Source: the human T2T-CHM13v2.0 reference genome, Homo sapiens. Taken from it: DNA of 64,000 bases. The stretch lies in assembly GCF_009914755.1 (NCBI RefSeq), contig NC_060925.1; one strand, given 5' to 3'. Of this stretch, positions 63,440 to 64,000 are shown one piece after another. The translations under genes and the position numbers were made by a program. The notes beneath the pieces were generated by a model. That model did not search any database. It saw only the letters and a list, made by a program, of their open reading frames with translations, and was not told the origin of the DNA. Within the stretch, counting starts at the first letter, position 1; every line of letters begins with the position of its first letter.

Positions 63440-63955
63440 TGGCTAGAGTCCAGCCCCTTCTCCTGGCAGCAGCCTCCTGATTTCCTGTGGGGACCTCCTG
63501 TTCCCACTTGCTGTCTGTGTAATTTGGGAGGGCCTGACACTGCTCCCCCCACCCATCCTCCCTCCCACTCTTAAGACTCTAAGGCATGCCTGGCCACTCA
63601 GCATATTCCATTCTCCTCCAGCCATGGCGACTGGTTCAAAAATGGACATGCAACTCATGTCAGGCCAACAAGAGTCTATCCAGGAATTTTGTGGGAGAAT
63701 ATTGAAAAAGAAAAAAGAGCTCTCTTTTCATTGGGCTTTCTATGCAGAAAGACCTCTTGTCAATACGTGGGGAGAGAACGCTTGTAGACAAAGCCCTTGG
63801 AGAGGAAAACAGAGTCAAGAGATGGAGTACTGATGACATCACTTGAGAACCTGGATCCAGCCATGCCTGGAGTTCACTCCTGGTTATTTCAATGATGTGC
63901 ATCCATAAACTCCATGTATTCACTCAAGCCAACTTGGTGTCCTGACTTACACCAT
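63440..63955. mobile_element. MLT1K/L-like LTR fragment
   Basis: GCCTGGCCACTCAGCAT...TGGTTCA...CAGGCCAA and CCTGGATCCAGCCATGCCTG motifs. Confidence 0.5.
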
Positions 63956-64000
63956 TTTCTTATCTGGAAAACTCTGAGGAAGGCAGTGTGAGCCACCCTC

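Overview
Human (primate) genomic DNA carrying the complete complement C1q cluster: C1QA (CDS 18642-20432), C1QC (25057-28816) and C1QB (40397-42326). All three are on the + strand in the order A-C-B. Each has a non-coding exon 1, a signal-peptide/N-terminal collagen exon 2, and a collagen plus gC1q exon 3, joined by a phase-1 intron inside a Gly codon. The spliced CDSs I derived are 245, 245 and 253 aa. From established knowledge this is 1p36.12, between EPHA8 and EPHB2 (neither is in the window). The rest is intergenic or intronic DNA rich in Alu, MIR, L2, old L1, LTR and DNA-transposon fossils, plus large simple-repeat tracts; nearly all other ORFs in the track are repeat-derived noise. The genes are well known, so nothing here is a proven new system. 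The best leads are: (i) frame-compatible exons and in-frame downstream acceptors that could give chimeric or kink-remodelled C1q chains; (ii) a perfect fused GAS/PU.1-IRF8 element 10 kb downstream of C1QB; (iii) two local duplications (94 bp at 93/94 identity, and a ~155 bp motif-rich pair in C1QB intron 1); (iv) CTCF, RFX, octamer and homeobox motif clusters that probably serve the flanking Eph genes. Repeat family names and boundaries were assigned by eye and are approximate.
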